Assembly (NCBI GenBank): GCA_015057405.1
Contig: SVEK01000010.1
Span: 5,538 to 69,537 of the forward strand
Source of the DNA: Lachnospiraceae bacterium
Lineage (GTDB): Bacteria; Bacillota; Clostridia; Lachnospirales; Lachnospiraceae
DNA: 64,000 nucleotides
Direction of reading: 5' to 3'
Shown here: in pieces, positions 18,557 to 28,170 of the stretch
Layout: each line of letters opens with the position of its first letter
How positions within the stretch are numbered: position 1 is the stretch's first letter
Notes under the pieces: generated by a model
Told to the model about the DNA's origin: nothing
Databases searched by the model: none
What the model saw: only the letters and a program-made list of their open reading frames with translations
Translations under genes and position numbers: made by a program

Positions 18557-20719
18557 GTGAAAACACTAAGTATTATAGTGCCGTTTAGTAACGGTCTATT
18601 CTATCTGGATGATTGTTTTGAAAGTATTCTGGCTCAGAATCTGATTCCGGAGGAGTATGAAGTGATATGTCTTGGGGATGCCCCGGGGGAGGGCATTGTT
18701 GCAAAGATTGAAAAATACGAGCAACAAGGTCTTCCTGTGAGATACATTCAGTGGTTTGATAAAAAAGGAACAGGATATGCACGTAACCGCGGACTTGGAG
18801 TAGCAGAAGGCCGTTACGTGTATTTTCTTGATTGTGATGATTATCTTTTGGACGGAACTATTCCGAGATTGTTAGAGTGTGCTAATGATAATGACGCTGA
18901 TATCGTTTGTGGTGATATTTTCCCGACTTATTTTAAGAGGGAAAGTTTTGATACAAAAGGATATGACTCTAACAAAATTATTCGCAGCGATAAGCGGGTT
19001 GCTAATGTAGAATTATCAAATATTTTTTCTGGTGAAGTTACGGTGCTTAATATGCTTATTAAGCATGACATGATTAAAGATAACGATATTTTATTCAATG
19101 ATGAAGTCTTATATTATACGGATATTCCTTTTGTGATGAAGTTGTTCTTGTCTGTTAAATCGTGTTATCTTGCAAAAGGAGCCGGTCTTGCCAAAAGACT
19201 GCGTAATGACCCTGTTCATTATCCTTCTGTTAACCAGACTGCACTTAAAAATGTTGAACGAATGATTAATGACCTTTTGGTTGTTCATAATGAAACGATG
19301 CAATATGTCAATAATCATCCTAAAAGACGTAATCTGGTTAATATTATGCTGTGTGATGTGATATATGAACAGTGTGTTAAAGGTTGGCATATATCCCATG
19401 GTACATCCGCAAAATGTCAGAAAGTGCTTAAAACTGCATCAGACAGTGTATTTAAGAAGTATGCATTGCCTAAAAGAATGATAATAAAGTTTATTGCCTC
19501 CGGACACTATCATTTTGCCAATATGTTAGGGACTTTGCTTAGAATCCGTAAGAAAAAATCCGGAATGTTCGGTAATAAAATCCAGTGGTACAGATTAATT
19601 GATAAGTTGATTTTCAGACATTTGCCAAGAAAGAAAAACTGGATTGTATTTGAAAGTTTTTTTGGAAGGGGATATAGTGACAGTCCGAAATATTTATATG
19701 AATATATGTTAAAAAAATTTGGCAACAAGTACAAATATATATGGGTTATTAATAAACCGAAGGATAGTATCAAAGGTAAACCGGTTGTTATTGCTTATCA
19801 GGGACTCAGACATGTTTATTATTCCACAAGAGCAAAATATCATATATATAATGTACGACAACCCGGCTGGTTTAAGAAAGAAGATGATATGGTTTTTCTT
19901 GAAACATGGCATGGAACTCCGCTAAAAAAACTTGTTTTTGATATGGAGGATGTACATGTAGTAACCCAGGCTTATAAAGAAGTGTTTTACAAAGATTCCA
20001 GATTGTGGGATTATGTTATTTCTGCTAATTCGTTTTCTACTGAAGTGTTTCAGAGGGCATTTGATATTGATGGGGATAAGATTATAGAATGTGGTTATCC
20101 GAGAAATGACTTGTTATACTCTGAAGATAAGGACGTACTGGCAGGAAGGATTAAGAAAAAACTTGATATTCACGAAGGGAAAAAAGTTATATTGTATGCT
20201 CCGACGTGGCGAGATAATGCTTTTTACGGACCGGGGAAATATAAGTTCAATTTGGCAGTGGATTTGAAACGGTTGTACACGGAACTTTCTGATGAGTATG
20301 TTTTATTGTTAAGAACTCATTATCAAATTTCAGATAAGCTTGATTTATCAGAATATGATGGTTTTGTGTATAATGTTAGTGACTATGAGGATGTGTCTGA
20401 ATTATATCTTATTTCAGATATTTGTGTAACGGATTATTCTTCTGTATTCTTTGATTATGCTAATCTTCGTAGACCGATATTGTTTTATGTCTATGATTAT
20501 GATCTGTATAAGGATGAATTGCGTGGAATGTATCTTGATATGGAGACAGAGATTCCGGGACCGTTACTTAAATCTGAACAGGAGCTTATTGACGCAATAA
20601 AAAATATTGATGATATTTCTGAAGAGTATACAGAAATATATAATGAGTTTTATGACAGATTTTGTTCTGTTGATGATGGTAATGCATCTGAAAGAATGGT
20701 TAAAGCTCTGTTTGGATAA
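18557..20719 (+). CDS. Bifunctional GT2 glycosyltransferase / CDP-glycerol glycerophosphotransferase (TagF-like)
   Basis: N-terminal GT2 (ARNRGL, FLDCDD) and C-terminal TWHGTPLKK/GYPRND. Probable GTG start at 18557 after GGAGG; the track starts at 18524. Confidence 0.9.
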   Translation: MKTLSIIVPFSNGLFYLDDCFESILAQNLIPEEYEVICLGDAPGEGIVAKIEKYEQQGLPVRYIQWFDKKGTGYARNRGLGVAEGRYVYFLDCDDYLLDGTIPRLLECANDNDADIVCGDIFPTYFKRESFDTKGYDSNKIIRSDKRVANVELSNIFSGEVTVLNMLIKHDMIKDNDILFNDEVLYYTDIPFVMKLFLSVKSCYLAKGAGLAKRLRNDPVHYPSVNQTALKNVERMINDLLVVHNETMQYVNNHPKRRNLVNIMLCDVIYEQCVKGWHISHGTSAKCQKVLKTASDSVFKKYALPKRMIIKFIASGHYHFANMLGTLLRIRKKKSGMFGNKIQWYRLIDKLIFRHLPRKKNWIVFESFFGRGYSDSPKYLYEYMLKKFGNKYKYIWVINKPKDSIKGKPVVIAYQGLRHVYYSTRAKYHIYNVRQPGWFKKEDDMVFLETWHGTPLKKLVFDMEDVHVVTQAYKEVFYKDSRLWDYVISANSFSTEVFQRAFDIDGDKIIECGYPRNDLLYSEDKDVLAGRIKKKLDIHEGKKVILYAPTWRDNAFYGPGKYKFNLAVDLKRLYTELSDEYVLLLRTHYQISDKLDLSEYDGFVYNVSDYEDVSELYLISDICVTDYSSVFFDYANLRRPILFYVYDYDLYKDELRGMYLDMETEIPGPLLKSEQELIDAIKNIDDISEEYTEIYNEFYDRFCSVDDGNASERMVKALFG

Positions 20720-20806
20720 AAAAGAAAATAAAAAAATGTGTAAGATTATTATAGTAACCTACGAATAGTGTGTAGGGGTATTTGTATTTAGACAAGGTGA
20801 GGGGCA

Positions 20807-21922
20807 ATGATAAAAAAAATTGGCTATATTTTATTCGCAATGATGTATTATATCGGTTGTATCCGTCCTGTAAATCCTGACAAATACTTTTGTGTCATGA
20901 CTCATGACGGAAGTAAAGACAGTAGCGTAGGGGTTGTTATTGAAGCATTAAGACAAAAAAATCCGAAGGCTGAGTTTACCTGTGTTCGCAAAGATAGCAG
21001 GGGGGGAGCCGGACTGATTAATCTTATATTCAGAATGTCTTTTGCTCTTTCAGTATCAGGAACTGTTCTTATGGATAACGAGTTTCTTCCTCTTGCGTAT
21101 ACGGTGTTGCGAAAGGAGGTAAAGGTAGTTCAGCTTTGGCACGGAACGGGTTCTATAAAAAAAATAGGCCGTGATGCTAACGAAGGGAATCTTCTCGCAC
21201 TCGAAAAAAAAGCGGATAAACGCATAACGCACCTGATAGCTAATTCGGATTATACCGCAAAGCTTCATGGCAACGCTTTTGGAGTTGTAAAAGATAATGT
21301 TTACCTTACCGGAATACCAAGGACAGATATAATGTTTGATGAAAGAAAAAGAAGAGAGTGTATTGCCGGTTTTTTTAAAAAGTATCCTAAACTCAATAAT
21401 AAACGCATGGTTCTTTATGCGCCGACATTCCGTGATGATAAAACAGACAACCCGGATATTGGTCTCGACCTTGGGTATTGGTGTGATAATACGGATGAGA
21501 ATACAGTGTTGCTGTTAAGACTTCATCCTCATGTGGCATCAGCATATGATGATTCGGATTTGTTACGTTACGGTGATAGAATTGTAAATGTTTCGGGACA
21601 TGAAGATTTGAATACCTTGTTGTTTGTTGCTGACATCCTTATAACTGATTATTCGTCAATTGTGTTTGAATATGCATTGTTAGACAGACCTATTATTTTC
21701 TTTGCATATGATTTGGCAGAGTATTCGGATTATGGGAGAGGTTTATATGAAGATTTTGAGAAATTTGCTCCGGGAAAGATTGTGACAACAACAGAAGAAG
21801 TGGTAAATGAGCTGAGTAATAGGGATATTTATTCAGAAATAAGAAAGAAATTTATTGATAAGTATTACAAGTATTTAGATGGTTGCTCAACTAAAAGACT
21901 TGTTGAACTTTTGTTTAAATAG
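20807..21922 (+). CDS. CDP-glycerol glycerophosphotransferase family protein (TagB-like)
   Basis: QLWHGTG, GIPRTD, YAPTFRD and ITDYSSIVFE motifs. Confidence 0.9.
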   Translation: MIKKIGYILFAMMYYIGCIRPVNPDKYFCVMTHDGSKDSSVGVVIEALRQKNPKAEFTCVRKDSRGGAGLINLIFRMSFALSVSGTVLMDNEFLPLAYTVLRKEVKVVQLWHGTGSIKKIGRDANEGNLLALEKKADKRITHLIANSDYTAKLHGNAFGVVKDNVYLTGIPRTDIMFDERKRRECIAGFFKKYPKLNNKRMVLYAPTFRDDKTDNPDIGLDLGYWCDNTDENTVLLLRLHPHVASAYDDSDLLRYGDRIVNVSGHEDLNTLLFVADILITDYSSIVFEYALLDRPIIFFAYDLAEYSDYGRGLYEDFEKFAPGKIVTTTEEVVNELSNRDIYSEIRKKFIDKYYKYLDGCSTKRLVELLFK

Positions 21923-22108
21923 AATAAATTCTGTTTGATATTTTAGGAGAGATACTATATAATTGTAAGAATGTATGGATATATTAGACAGTGTATGGTT
22001 TTAGTTTAATATGTTTCCCCGGAAGACAATCCGATATACTTTGTGCTGAAGTTTGTAAGGGGATTTTGTATAAGAAAAATTATTAACAGAGAGATTATGG
22101 AGGTACTT

Positions 22109-23599
22109 ATGAGTCACTTGTTAAAGAAAAAATTGAGTTTTATATTTATTATATTACAGTTTGTGATAACATTGGGAGTTATCGGTCTGGTTCTTTATGT
22201 TGATATGCTTCCTGATAAGTATTTGCTGGTGTTTGTTTTAGGTGTTATTTTCCTGCTTTTGTATACCTTTTTCAGTCAGATGTCAAAGAGGTTATATATA
22301 CTGGGTCGTGTATTGTCAGTTATTTTTTGCGTGGTTCTTTGTATAGGATCGGCTTATTTATGGCGCGGATACGCTGCTATCAGTAATATGTCCGCTGTTA
22401 ATGTTAAGGTTGATGAGATGTCAGCTATTGTGCTTGCGGAAGATAAGGCTCAGTCAATTAGCGAAGTGCTTGATTATAAGTTTGGTATTTTAGAGACCAT
22501 AGGAAGAGAATATACAGACTCAATGATTCAGACTATTGAAGAAGACAATGATAAAAAGCTTTCGATTGTTTCATATAATGATATTCAGACGCTTGTTAAT
22601 GCGCTTTATTCAAAGGAAGTCGGAGTTATTGTATTCAATGAGGCGTTCAGAGAAGTAATAACTGACTATTTTAAGGATTTTGAGACAACCACAAAAGTTC
22701 TTGGCAATCACAAAGTAGAAACCGTTATCGATGTTGAAGATGAAGAAAAGGATGAAGAAGATACTATAACCAAACCATTTGTTTTGTATTGTAGCGGTAT
22801 AGATGCTTATGGTGCTCTTGCTAAAACAAGTCGAAGTGACGTTAATATTCTGGCAGTTGTCAATCCGCAAACTGCGCAGATTCTTCTTGTGAATACACCG
22901 CGTGATTATTTTATACCATTGTCTATATCAAATGGTGCTCGCGATAAGTTAACCCATGCAGGTATATACGGTGTTGATGTTTCTATTGAAACATTAGAGA
23001 TGCTTTATGATATTGATATTGATTATTATGCCCGTGTTAATTTCTCAGGTCTTCAGGATATCGTAGATGCCCTTGGCGGAGTTAAAGTATATTCTGATTA
23101 CACGTTTACTTCCGACTGGGGTCCGAGTTTCAAGGAAGGATATAATAATGTTAATGGTAAGCAGGCTCTTGCATTCTGTAGAGAAAGACATCACCTTGAA
23201 TTTGCAGGTGGTGACCGTCAGAGAGGACGTAATCATCAGCATATGATATCCGCAATACTTGATAAGGCAACCTCTCCTTCGATACTTAAGAATTTTAATA
23301 AACTTATGAAGAGTCTTGAAGGTGCGTTTGAGACCAGTATGAAGACTAAAAAGATTACAAAGTATGCAAAATACCAGCTGGAAGAGATGCCAAAATGGAC
23401 TATCAATTCCATTAGTGTAGACGGAACAGGTGGAAGAGAATACACATATTCTTTACCTAGCAGATCATCCTATGTAATGTATCCGGATGATAATACTGTT
23501 AATGAAGCTCGTTCTGCCATCAAGAAAATATTAAGCGGACAAAAGTTCAAGAATAAAAAGAACAAAAAAAATAATAACAACAATAGCAGCAGTAATTAA
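22109..23599 (+). CDS. LCP (LytR-CpsA-Psr) family wall-polymer ligase, CpsA-like
   Basis: 3 TM helices, then RSDVNIL, NTPRDY, DKLTHAG and GDRQRGRNHQ motifs. ATG at 22109 follows GGAGG. Confidence 0.92.
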   Translation: MSHLLKKKLSFIFIILQFVITLGVIGLVLYVDMLPDKYLLVFVLGVIFLLLYTFFSQMSKRLYILGRVLSVIFCVVLCIGSAYLWRGYAAISNMSAVNVKVDEMSAIVLAEDKAQSISEVLDYKFGILETIGREYTDSMIQTIEEDNDKKLSIVSYNDIQTLVNALYSKEVGVIVFNEAFREVITDYFKDFETTTKVLGNHKVETVIDVEDEEKDEEDTITKPFVLYCSGIDAYGALAKTSRSDVNILAVVNPQTAQILLVNTPRDYFIPLSISNGARDKLTHAGIYGVDVSIETLEMLYDIDIDYYARVNFSGLQDIVDALGGVKVYSDYTFTSDWGPSFKEGYNNVNGKQALAFCRERHHLEFAGGDRQRGRNHQHMISAILDKATSPSILKNFNKLMKSLEGAFETSMKTKKITKYAKYQLEEMPKWTINSISVDGTGGREYTYSLPSRSSYVMYPDDNTVNEARSAIKKILSGQKFKNKKNKKNNNNNSSSN

Positions 23600-23674
23600 T
23601 TTGCTGTAATGTATTTAGTTCGGCTTAATAGCGAAGAATAATGTTGAAGAACACATGTAAAAGGATGAAATAGA

Positions 23675-25627
23675 ATGCTTAGTAGATTAATACGAGACGG
23701 GAAGTTTTCCACACTGTTTAGGGTTTTACTCGTAATAGCAGATATATTATGTATTAATATCAGTTCATATCTGGCACTGTTAATTCGATTTGAATTGAAA
23801 TGGAGTTCAATTGAAGCTGAATGTTTAATGGCAGTTAATCGTATGTGTCTGTTTAATACGATAGTTACGCTATTATTGTTTTTAGTGTTCAGACTGTATC
23901 ATAGTCTTTGGAGATATGCAAGCATCAAAGAGATAGTTAATATATTGATTGCATGCTTTATTGCTGCCGGCATTCATATTTCGTCATTATTTGTGTGTTA
24001 CAGATATTTTACTAAGAGTTATGTTATAGTGTATTTGATGCTCTTAATTGTATCAGTTATTGCGGTTAGATTTTCATACAGGTTATCGAGACATTTGTTT
24101 GGCACTTATGCTCATGGTGGTGCTACGCGTAATACTATGATTATTGGTGCGGGACAGGCCGGTAATATGGTAATTAATGAGATTGTTCTTAGCAGTAAGC
24201 TCGATGCACGTATAAAGTGTATTATAGACGATGACCCATCAAAGCATAATACTTATGTTCACGGAATCAAAGTTATTGGCGGAAGAGAGTGCATAATAGA
24301 AGCAGCAAAAAATTATAATATTAATGAAATAATAATTGCGATTCCTTCTGCCGGTAAAAAGACACTAAGTGAGCTGATTGACATATGTCGTCAGACAGAG
24401 GGACAGCTTAAGATTCTTCCGGGTGTATATCAGTTTGTAAATGGAGAAGCGACGTTAGAAAAACTTCGTAACGTTGAGATAGAAGATTTGCTTGGAAGAG
24501 AACCGGTAAAAGTTGATATTGAATCAATTATTAATTACGTAAGCGGAAAAGTAGTGCTGGTAACCGGTGGCGGTGGTTCGATTGGAAGTGAACTTTGCAG
24601 ACAGATTGCTGCCCATAATCCTTCAAAGCTTATTATTGTGGATATATATGAGAACAGTGTTTATGATATACAGAATGAATTAAGACGCAAATTTCCTGAA
24701 CTTGAACTTGTAGTTCTTATTGCGTCGGTGCGAAATACTGAAAGAATGAATAGCATATTTGCCAAGTATCGCCCGAATATAGTATATCATGCGGCAGCAC
24801 ATAAACATGTGCCTCTTATGGAAGATAGTCCTAATGAAGCTATTAAAAATAATGTGTTTGGAACATATAAGACTGCTCATGCGGCCAGCAAGTACGGAGT
24901 TGAGAAGTTTGTACTTATATCAACAGACAAGGCAGTTAATCCAACCAATATAATGGGTGCTTCAAAACGTATTTGTGAAATGATTCTGCAGTCTTTTGAT
25001 AAACATTCTAAAACTGAGTTTGTAGCTGTAAGATTTGGTAATGTGCTTGGAAGTAACGGAAGTGTTATTCCTCTGTTTCGTAAACAGATTGAAAATGGTG
25101 GTCCTGTTACTGTTACTCATCCGGATATAATCAGATATTTTATGACAATAGAAGAGGCGGTAAGTCTTGTTTTGCAGGCGGGCGCATATGCAAAGGGCGG
25201 AGAAATATTTGTTCTTGATATGGGTGAGCCGGTAAAAATCATTGATTTGGCAAAGAACCTTATACGATTATCCGGTTATAAGGTTGGGGAAGACATTGAG
25301 ATAGAGATTACAGGACTCAGACCCGGTGAAAAGCTATATGAAGAGATGCTTATGAGAGAAGAAGGTCTTCAAAAAACAGCTAATTCTCTCATATATATAG
25401 GTAAACCTCTTGAATTTGATGAAAAAGAATTGTTTGAACAACTCGACAGATTATATGAATATGCTTATAATGAAAGTGATGATATAAAATCAGTCGTAGA
25501 GCAGATTGTTACAACATACAAAGAAAAAGAAACTGATAAAAAAAGAGACGATGATATATTAAGTTCGCAATTTGAAGAGATAGGAGATAGGGAAAACTTC
25601 TCCAGAAAGTTATCAAGGTTTTTTTAG
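23675..25627 (+). CDS. UDP-GlcNAc 4,6-dehydratase (CapD/PglF/AatA family)
   Basis: N-terminal TMs, TGGGGSIG, HAAAHKHVP, STDKAVNP, RFGNVLGSNGSV. Confidence 0.93.
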   Translation: MLSRLIRDGKFSTLFRVLLVIADILCINISSYLALLIRFELKWSSIEAECLMAVNRMCLFNTIVTLLLFLVFRLYHSLWRYASIKEIVNILIACFIAAGIHISSLFVCYRYFTKSYVIVYLMLLIVSVIAVRFSYRLSRHLFGTYAHGGATRNTMIIGAGQAGNMVINEIVLSSKLDARIKCIIDDDPSKHNTYVHGIKVIGGRECIIEAAKNYNINEIIIAIPSAGKKTLSELIDICRQTEGQLKILPGVYQFVNGEATLEKLRNVEIEDLLGREPVKVDIESIINYVSGKVVLVTGGGGSIGSELCRQIAAHNPSKLIIVDIYENSVYDIQNELRRKFPELELVVLIASVRNTERMNSIFAKYRPNIVYHAAAHKHVPLMEDSPNEAIKNNVFGTYKTAHAASKYGVEKFVLISTDKAVNPTNIMGASKRICEMILQSFDKHSKTEFVAVRFGNVLGSNGSVIPLFRKQIENGGPVTVTHPDIIRYFMTIEEAVSLVLQAGAYAKGGEIFVLDMGEPVKIIDLAKNLIRLSGYKVGEDIEIEITGLRPGEKLYEEMLMREEGLQKTANSLIYIGKPLEFDEKELFEQLDRLYEYAYNESDDIKSVVEQIVTTYKEKETDKKRDDDILSSQFEEIGDRENFSRKLSRFF

Positions 25628-25657
25628 TTAACTAAGAAGAAATGGAGTTGGTTTATT

Positions 25658-26869
25658 ATGGAGAAAATTCTTTTTTCGCCGCCTGATATATCCAAGCTTG
25701 AAATAAATGAAGTAGTTGATACATTAGAAAGTGGCTGGTTAACAACAGGTCCAAAGACAAAAAGACTTGAATTAATGATAGCAGGTTATTGTAATACTTC
25801 AAGAGCAGTGTGTCTCAACTCAGCGACTGCATGTATGGATGCTACGTTGAGTCTTCTTGGGGTGGGCCCGGGAGATGAAGTTATTACAACAGCATACACT
25901 TATACTGCAAGCTGCAGTGTTATAGATCACGTTGGTGCGACCCCGGTGTTACTTGATACAGGGAAAGATTCTTATGAGATAGATTATGACAGCATTGAGG
26001 CAGCAATAACGGAACGTACCAAAGTGATTATTCCTGTTGATATTGCAGGTGTAATGTGTGATTATGACAGAATATTTGAGATACTTGAAAGAAAAAAATC
26101 ATTATACAATCCAACAACGCCGCTTCAAAAAGTTTTTGACAGAGTTATCGTAATGGGTGATTCAGCTCATGGACTTGGGGCTGCTTATCACGGAAAAATG
26201 AGTGGTTCTGTTGCTGACTTCACTACATTTTCATTTCATGCAGTAAAGAATTTGACAACCGGCGAAGGCGGTGCCGTGACATGGAGAAACAAAAAAGGTT
26301 TAGATAATGATGAACTTTATCGTCAATATCAATTATATTCTCTTCACGGACAAAACAAAGATGCCATGAGTAAAGTGATGCGTGGCGGCTGGGAATATGA
26401 TATTGAAGGTTTATACCATAAGTGTAATATGACAGACATTATAGCTTCTGTCGGTATTGGGCAGATGAGACGATATGAAAGTTTTCTGGCACGACGTAAA
26501 GCTATATTTAAACAGTATAAGGAAGGACTTGAAAGCGAAAAGGTTTCGTTGATTGAGCACGAGAGCGAAGGAAAAACATCAAGTTTTCATTTATGTATGG
26601 CAAGACTTAACGGACGTGACAGAGCATTTCGTGACGCATTTATTGAGGAAATGGAGACAAGGGGAGTGCCGCTTAATGTTCATTTTAAACCGCTTCCTCT
26701 CTACACGGCATATAAAAGGCTTGGATTCGATATTAATGATTATCCTAATGCATATGAGATGTTTAGTAATGAAGTTACAATTCCGTTGCATACAAAGCTG
26801 ACAGATGAGCAGATTAAGTATATTATTAATACTTTTAATGAGGTGCTTGATTTGATGAGCAAGTCTTAA
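25658..26869 (+). CDS. DegT/DnrJ/EryC1/StrS sugar aminotransferase (AatB/WcfR-like)
   Basis: FSPPDI, GWLTTGPKT, DSAHG and FSFHAVKNLTTGEGG (PLP Lys) motifs. Confidence 0.92.
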   Translation: MEKILFSPPDISKLEINEVVDTLESGWLTTGPKTKRLELMIAGYCNTSRAVCLNSATACMDATLSLLGVGPGDEVITTAYTYTASCSVIDHVGATPVLLDTGKDSYEIDYDSIEAAITERTKVIIPVDIAGVMCDYDRIFEILERKKSLYNPTTPLQKVFDRVIVMGDSAHGLGAAYHGKMSGSVADFTTFSFHAVKNLTTGEGGAVTWRNKKGLDNDELYRQYQLYSLHGQNKDAMSKVMRGGWEYDIEGLYHKCNMTDIIASVGIGQMRRYESFLARRKAIFKQYKEGLESEKVSLIEHESEGKTSSFHLCMARLNGRDRAFRDAFIEEMETRGVPLNVHFKPLPLYTAYKRLGFDINDYPNAYEMFSNEVTIPLHTKLTDEQIKYIINTFNEVLDLMSKS

Positions 26870-26886
26870 TTTAGGGGGTTTTTGTT

Positions 26887-27567
26887 ATGTTGCCGGAATG
26901 GAATGAGTTACCCGAAGAGATGAAGAATGATTATGTACTGAGATACTATAACGTTCTTAAGGAAAAAGAGAATTCTCTTAGGATAAAAAGAGCATTTGAT
27001 ATTGTTATGTCATTTATTATGATTGTGCTTTTGCTACCGGTTTTCGTAATTATTGCAATTATGATAAAACGGGATTCTGAGGGTGAGGTATTCTACAAAC
27101 AGACAAGAGTCACGACAGGAAACAGAGACTTTACAATATACAAGTTTCGAACAATGGTAAGCGGAGCTGATAAAATTGGTCCGAAAGTAACTGTCGGAAG
27201 TGATATGAGAGTTACTGCAGTAGGAGAGAAACTCAGAAAATACAGATTAGATGAATTGCCGCAGTTGTTCAATGTTCTTAAAGGTGATATGAGTTTCGTG
27301 GGGACAAGGCCGGAAGTCAGAAAATATGTTGATGCATATACTCCTTCAATGATGGCTACGCTTCTTCTGCCGGCAGGAATTACGTCACTTGCCAGTATCA
27401 AATATAAAGATGAAGCAACACTCCTTGAGAATGCTGTTGATGCTGATGATGTCTATATAAGAAAGATTCTTCCTGAAAAGATGAAGTATAACTTAAAAAG
27501 TCTCAGACGCTTTAGTTGTATGTCAGATCTGGCAACCATGATATATACTGTCATATCTGTTTTATAA
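26887..27567 (+). CDS. Initiating phosphoglycosyl transferase (Bac_transf; AatC/WcfS-like)
   Basis: KRAFD, KFRTM, RLDELPQL and VGTRPE motifs. Confidence 0.92.
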   Translation: MLPEWNELPEEMKNDYVLRYYNVLKEKENSLRIKRAFDIVMSFIMIVLLLPVFVIIAIMIKRDSEGEVFYKQTRVTTGNRDFTIYKFRTMVSGADKIGPKVTVGSDMRVTAVGEKLRKYRLDELPQLFNVLKGDMSFVGTRPEVRKYVDAYTPSMMATLLLPAGITSLASIKYKDEATLLENAVDADDVYIRKILPEKMKYNLKSLRRFSCMSDLATMIYTVISVL

Positions 27568-27590
27568 TTACAATAATTGGAGTGGATATA

Positions 27591-28022
27591 TTGTTTGGTA
27601 ATAATAGTAGTCATAATTATGATGATATAATTGAATTGCCACGTCACGTGTCGAAGACGAGAAAGGCTATGTCAATACATGACAGAGCTGCTCAGTTTTC
27701 GGCATTTGCTGCTCTTACGGGGTATGAGGATGCAGTAAAGGAGACTGCAAGATTAACATCATCCCGGCAAGACATATGCTCGGATATGCATGAAGAACTG
27801 GATAATAAACTTAGTATGATTATGAGTGTTCCTGTTAGTGAACGCAGTCAGGTCTCTTTGACATATTTTGTACCGGATGAAAAAAAATCCGGGGGCAGTT
27901 ATGTGAATGTGACCGGGATAATCAAAAAGATTGATAATTACGACAGAACTATCATTATGTCAGATGGTGTAGTTATTAATATAGATTGTGTAACGGATAT
28001 TACAGATAACACCCTGCATTGA
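27591..28022 (+). CDS. YolD-like family protein
   Basis: YDDIIELPRHVS...DRAAQFSAFAALTGY motif. Probable TTG start at 27591 after GGAG; the track starts at 27516. Confidence 0.75.
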   Translation: MFGNNSSHNYDDIIELPRHVSKTRKAMSIHDRAAQFSAFAALTGYEDAVKETARLTSSRQDICSDMHEELDNKLSMIMSVPVSERSQVSLTYFVPDEKKSGGSYVNVTGIIKKIDNYDRTIIMSDGVVINIDCVTDITDNTLH

Positions 28023-28170
28023 ATTGTCCAATATCAAAATGGTTAATTCAATGCAGGGTGTCTTTATGTGTTCCTCAAGTGTTAGTGTCTTCCGGGGATT
28101 ATTTTGAAATCAGATATTTCAAATTATTTTCCGAAAGTGGTTATTGCAAGTTGTACTATGAATTCAGTTA

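Noticed and set aside
23540-23599. K/N/S-rich tail of the LCP protein (AAT/AAC/AGC runs)
   Set aside because: In-frame low-complexity tail with no frameshifting potential evident.
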